A stretch of 53,228 bases of DNA from contig JAYWIR010000028.1 in assembly GCA_036172245.1 (NCBI GenBank), forward strand, positions 2,914,001 to 2,967,228, in the 5' to 3' direction. The notes under the pieces were generated by a model, which made no database searches, was not told the origin of the DNA, and saw only the letters and a list, made by a program, of their open reading frames with translations. Below are positions 50,400-53,228 of this stretch, piece after piece. The DNA comes from Raillietiella orientalis. Lineage: Eukaryota. A program made the translations under genes and the position numbers. Every line of letters starts with the position of its first letter. The stretch's first letter is position 1.

Positions 50400-51477
50400 T
50401 GTCACCCGGGTGCGCCGGGGCGTTTATTATAAACTATCCGGGAACAGGGTTCCCGGACAAAGGGGAAAACAAGAGACCAAAGGGGTGGGATCCCCGACAC
50501 GCAGGTCGGCATGCCGAAAGTCCGGAACGGGAGGGAAGGGACCACAAACACACTACTATATAAAAAAATAAAAGAAAAATGTGGAGGGCAGGGGACAGGG
50601 GTCTTTGGTAAATCCGTTCCTTCCTTTTAAAACCGGCGATGGATGCCGGCGATCTCTCTCCTTACGCCCTGCGGCAGATGGGCCCATTGGGCAGCCGACG
50701 ACATGTTTGCGCTGGCTAATCCGGTGGGCTGACGAAGGATGGCCAGCTTCTCCAACTCTCGGTGGGCCTTGTCGATGGCGCGGGTGCAACACACGGTTGC
50801 AACGACAGCACCCAATGACAGGCCGCCTGGCGTGAAGAAGCGGCGCATCAACTCCCTCGCGGTGTCCCCCTGGTGCAGGAGAGCTGAGGCCAGCCTCCGC
50901 CAGAGTCCTAGAAGGGCACTGCAGTCCAGGAGCAGGTGCGGGAGCGTTTCCACTTCCCCGCACCGCTTACAGTTTGGGGAGACGACTCCCCCGGAAACAA
51001 GGTTCGTGCGCTGGTTGGAGTGAAAACCCCAATGCACCAGCATAATCACATCCTGCTTCCACGGAAGGGGGAACACAGAAGTGTTCAGACACGAGGGAGG
51101 AACCACAAGTTCTTCAAGGGGCACACTCAAGTGTTCGCTCCACCGAAGGAGTCCCTTCGGAACGTGGCGGGGCGTGGCGGCGTCCGCCAGCTCGCAAGTC
51201 TTCCAGCCGCCAATAGGTCGCGTTGTTCCTGCGATGGTGCAGGCGACCTCCCATCTCGCCGGTTCGCAACTGTCATCTCTTGCCCTGAGGGCTGACAGCG
51301 CGTCTTCGAGGGGGATGACGGGCAGGCGGGTCCACTTCTCCTGGCTGTTGCACACCTCATCCACCGTGCAGTACGGGGAGAGGTGAGCGCAACGGAGTTC
51401 CAGGAGGGAAACATCCTGGTGCTTTGCCCAGCCATGCAACGGTTCCTGCCGCCAGGCTTCAAAGTTCGTTGGGCTAC
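50400..51477 (-). mobile_element. E22: 5'-truncated (1078 bp) subfamily B LINE inserted antisense into the endonuclease of E21 with a 13-bp TSD
   Basis: GGGGACGGTTGAT occurs at 50387-50399 and 51478-51490. The sequence is closely similar to E6 9591-10666. Confidence 0.95.
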
Positions 51478-53228
51478 GGGGACGGTTGATGTGGCAATGC
51501 GGCTCCCGATACACCTGCGGCGTCGCGTTTTTCATGAAACCGGCGGTCGACGCTGCCGTAAAGGGCGTGCGCTTCGACGAAGCCGGTCGTGTCGGCCAGC
51601 TGATTCTCAGGTGGTCCGACACGATTGACCTCGTCGTAGCAAACGTATACGCCCCGAGCGGTTATAACAGGTAACGGGAACGCCCGGCGTTCCTGGAAAG
51701 CCTGGAGCACGAATGGCTGGTGGAAACGAACGTGCGCGTGGCTCACCTGATAGCGGGAGACTTTAATCTCCGCCTGCTATCAGGTGAGCCACACGCACAA
51801 GAACGGACGGCTAACGAGTTGTGCGCCGCCATGCGCACGCGGAACTTGTTAGGGGATCTTTCGGAAATGGTCAGCAGCATCGATCACGTCTTCCTAGATG
51901 TCCACCGCTGCTCCCGGGTCGGCAAACGGGGGAAAGTTGCGTCGGAACTGTCTGACCATTACAGATTAATATTCGAAATGTGCCCGCGCGAAAAGGGACT
52001 TCCATCCAGGGCGTGGCGGTTGCCTGGGGACTGGACGCGCCTCTCAGAAGCGAAAGAACACCTTCGCAAATCCCTGAGAGGCGTCACCCTCCGCAATCTC
52101 GATGATTGGGACCTTTTTAAGGCCTCGGTCCGCGAGTTTTGCGAGGAGTTCCCCTTGCACCTTCTGCCCCGGGGATTTGAGAAGGGGATCCGCAACGATC
52201 GAGCGTACTTGTATGCCCGTCGTTACGCGAGGACCCCCCAATGTCCGTCGCCTGGCAGAGTACCGAGCCGGGGCCGAACGTCAAGCCTGGCAATCCGGAT
52301 CGGCCAGCTTCCTGGACGACTAGGGAAGGGAGCACTCGGCTCCGGCTAGAATACGGCACCTCGTGCGGCGTTATTATTCCCTTCTTTCCGGCAGGGCACC
52401 CCTGGTCCAAGAAGTTCCTCGGCGCTTGCTTTTGAACGGGGCCCCGGCAATAGGGGAGGAGGAGAAGGAAAGCCTCGACGAGCCTTTTACCACCGGCGAA
52501 ATTATCGCCGGTATCAAAAGGCTCAAGAGGCGGAAAGCACCAGGGGAGGACGGCCTGCCTGCGGAGTTTTTTTAATGCTTCGCGGCAGAGTTAGCATCCC
52601 TGGTGCTTGAGTTGACAAGGCTGATCCGAGATGAAGGCGATGTACCCGCCTGGTTTCGGTCAGCCAGAGTGAGGCTCCTTCCGAAAGGAGGAGACCTCAG
52701 GAAACTCAGGAACTGGCGTCCGATCACAATTGTGAACACGGACGCCAAGTTGATCGCCGGACTGTGGGCTTCGCGTCTTGGGCAGGTGGCCAATTTCATA
52801 ATTAGCCCGGAGCAGAATTACGCTGTTCCCGGGCGAAGTATGGAGGCCAACCTCCTCTTCGCAAGCACATGGTTTCATGTTCAGTGTAGTAAAGAAAAGG
52901 AAGAGGGAAGGATTGGCAGCCCCGCTTTGGGGGCGTCAGCCGGGCAGGGACAGGACTTCCAGGTGGGGAAGGGAGCCTTAGCGATCGCAGTCGATCTGCA
53001 TAAAGCGTTTGACTGCGTGGAGCAGGATCTCCTGCTGGAGCTCCTGGGACGCATGGGCTTCCCTCCTTCCCTACTGACCCACCTGCGCTCTTGCTGACGC
53101 AGCGCGCTGATCAATATCTCTTTCAGAGGTCAAATGGCGTACGGCGTGCCGGTACGGAGGGGCATACAGCAGGGCCACAGCCTCAGTCCCGTGCTCTTTA
53201 GCACCTACTTTAAGTTGGTGCTTAGAGC

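Larger units (their letters stand above)
48101..53228 (+). mobile_element. E21: subfamily C LINE from its 5' end into RT, interrupted by E22 and running off the window
   Basis: Starts GCGGACGTG and has a long ORF1. The endonuclease rejoins across the TSD (IAGGRL|MWQCGSRYTCGVAF). RT motifs continue to the window edge. Confidence 0.93.

Noticed and set aside
50627..51622. ORFs spanning junctions (also 40038-40613, 40800-41651, 45040-45897, 50071-50571)
   Set aside because: They are chimeric read-through across insertion boundaries, not genes.
2464..53228. Prokaryotic RT system (group II intron, retron, DGR, CRISPR-RT)
   Set aside because: The APE endonuclease, gag-like ORF1, TSDs, 5' truncation and AATAAA all indicate eukaryotic LINEs. 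There are no regularly spaced repeats.

Overview
Eukaryotic genomic DNA. The first ~2.45 kb is AT-richer and I cannot annotate it. From ~2.46 kb to the end, the window is a continuous mosaic of about 22 copies or fragments (E1-E22) of GC-rich non-LTR retrotransposons of L1/Tx1-like architecture. ORF1 has a predicted RRM-like region and two CX2CX4HX4C zinc knuckles. ORF2 has an APE endonuclease, a YADD reverse transcriptase and a C-terminal Cys/His domain. They fall into about four related subfamilies (A-D, grouped by eye) plus one unrelated fragment. No host genes lie between them and no copy is fully intact. Four insertions are closed by 12-16 bp target-site duplications (TSDs). The others form an open Russian-doll series, mostly antisense to the neighbouring copy, in which + copies keep their 5' part and - copies their 3' part. 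Three homologous positions in ORF2 appear to have been hit twice each. The elements lack long poly(A) tails and end in AATAAA plus a GC hairpin, and most have a second covarying hairpin (loop mostly CUGCGU) ~60-95 nt upstream. Near-full-length copies start with a DPE-like GGACGTG. ORF1 and ORF2 are coupled by stop/start overlaps (TAATG, TGATG, and an ATG-less TAACA). The best reading is a self-targeting LINE cluster, possibly centromeric or heterochromatic; this is inference. All alignments were done by eye, and boundaries without a TSD are approximate.
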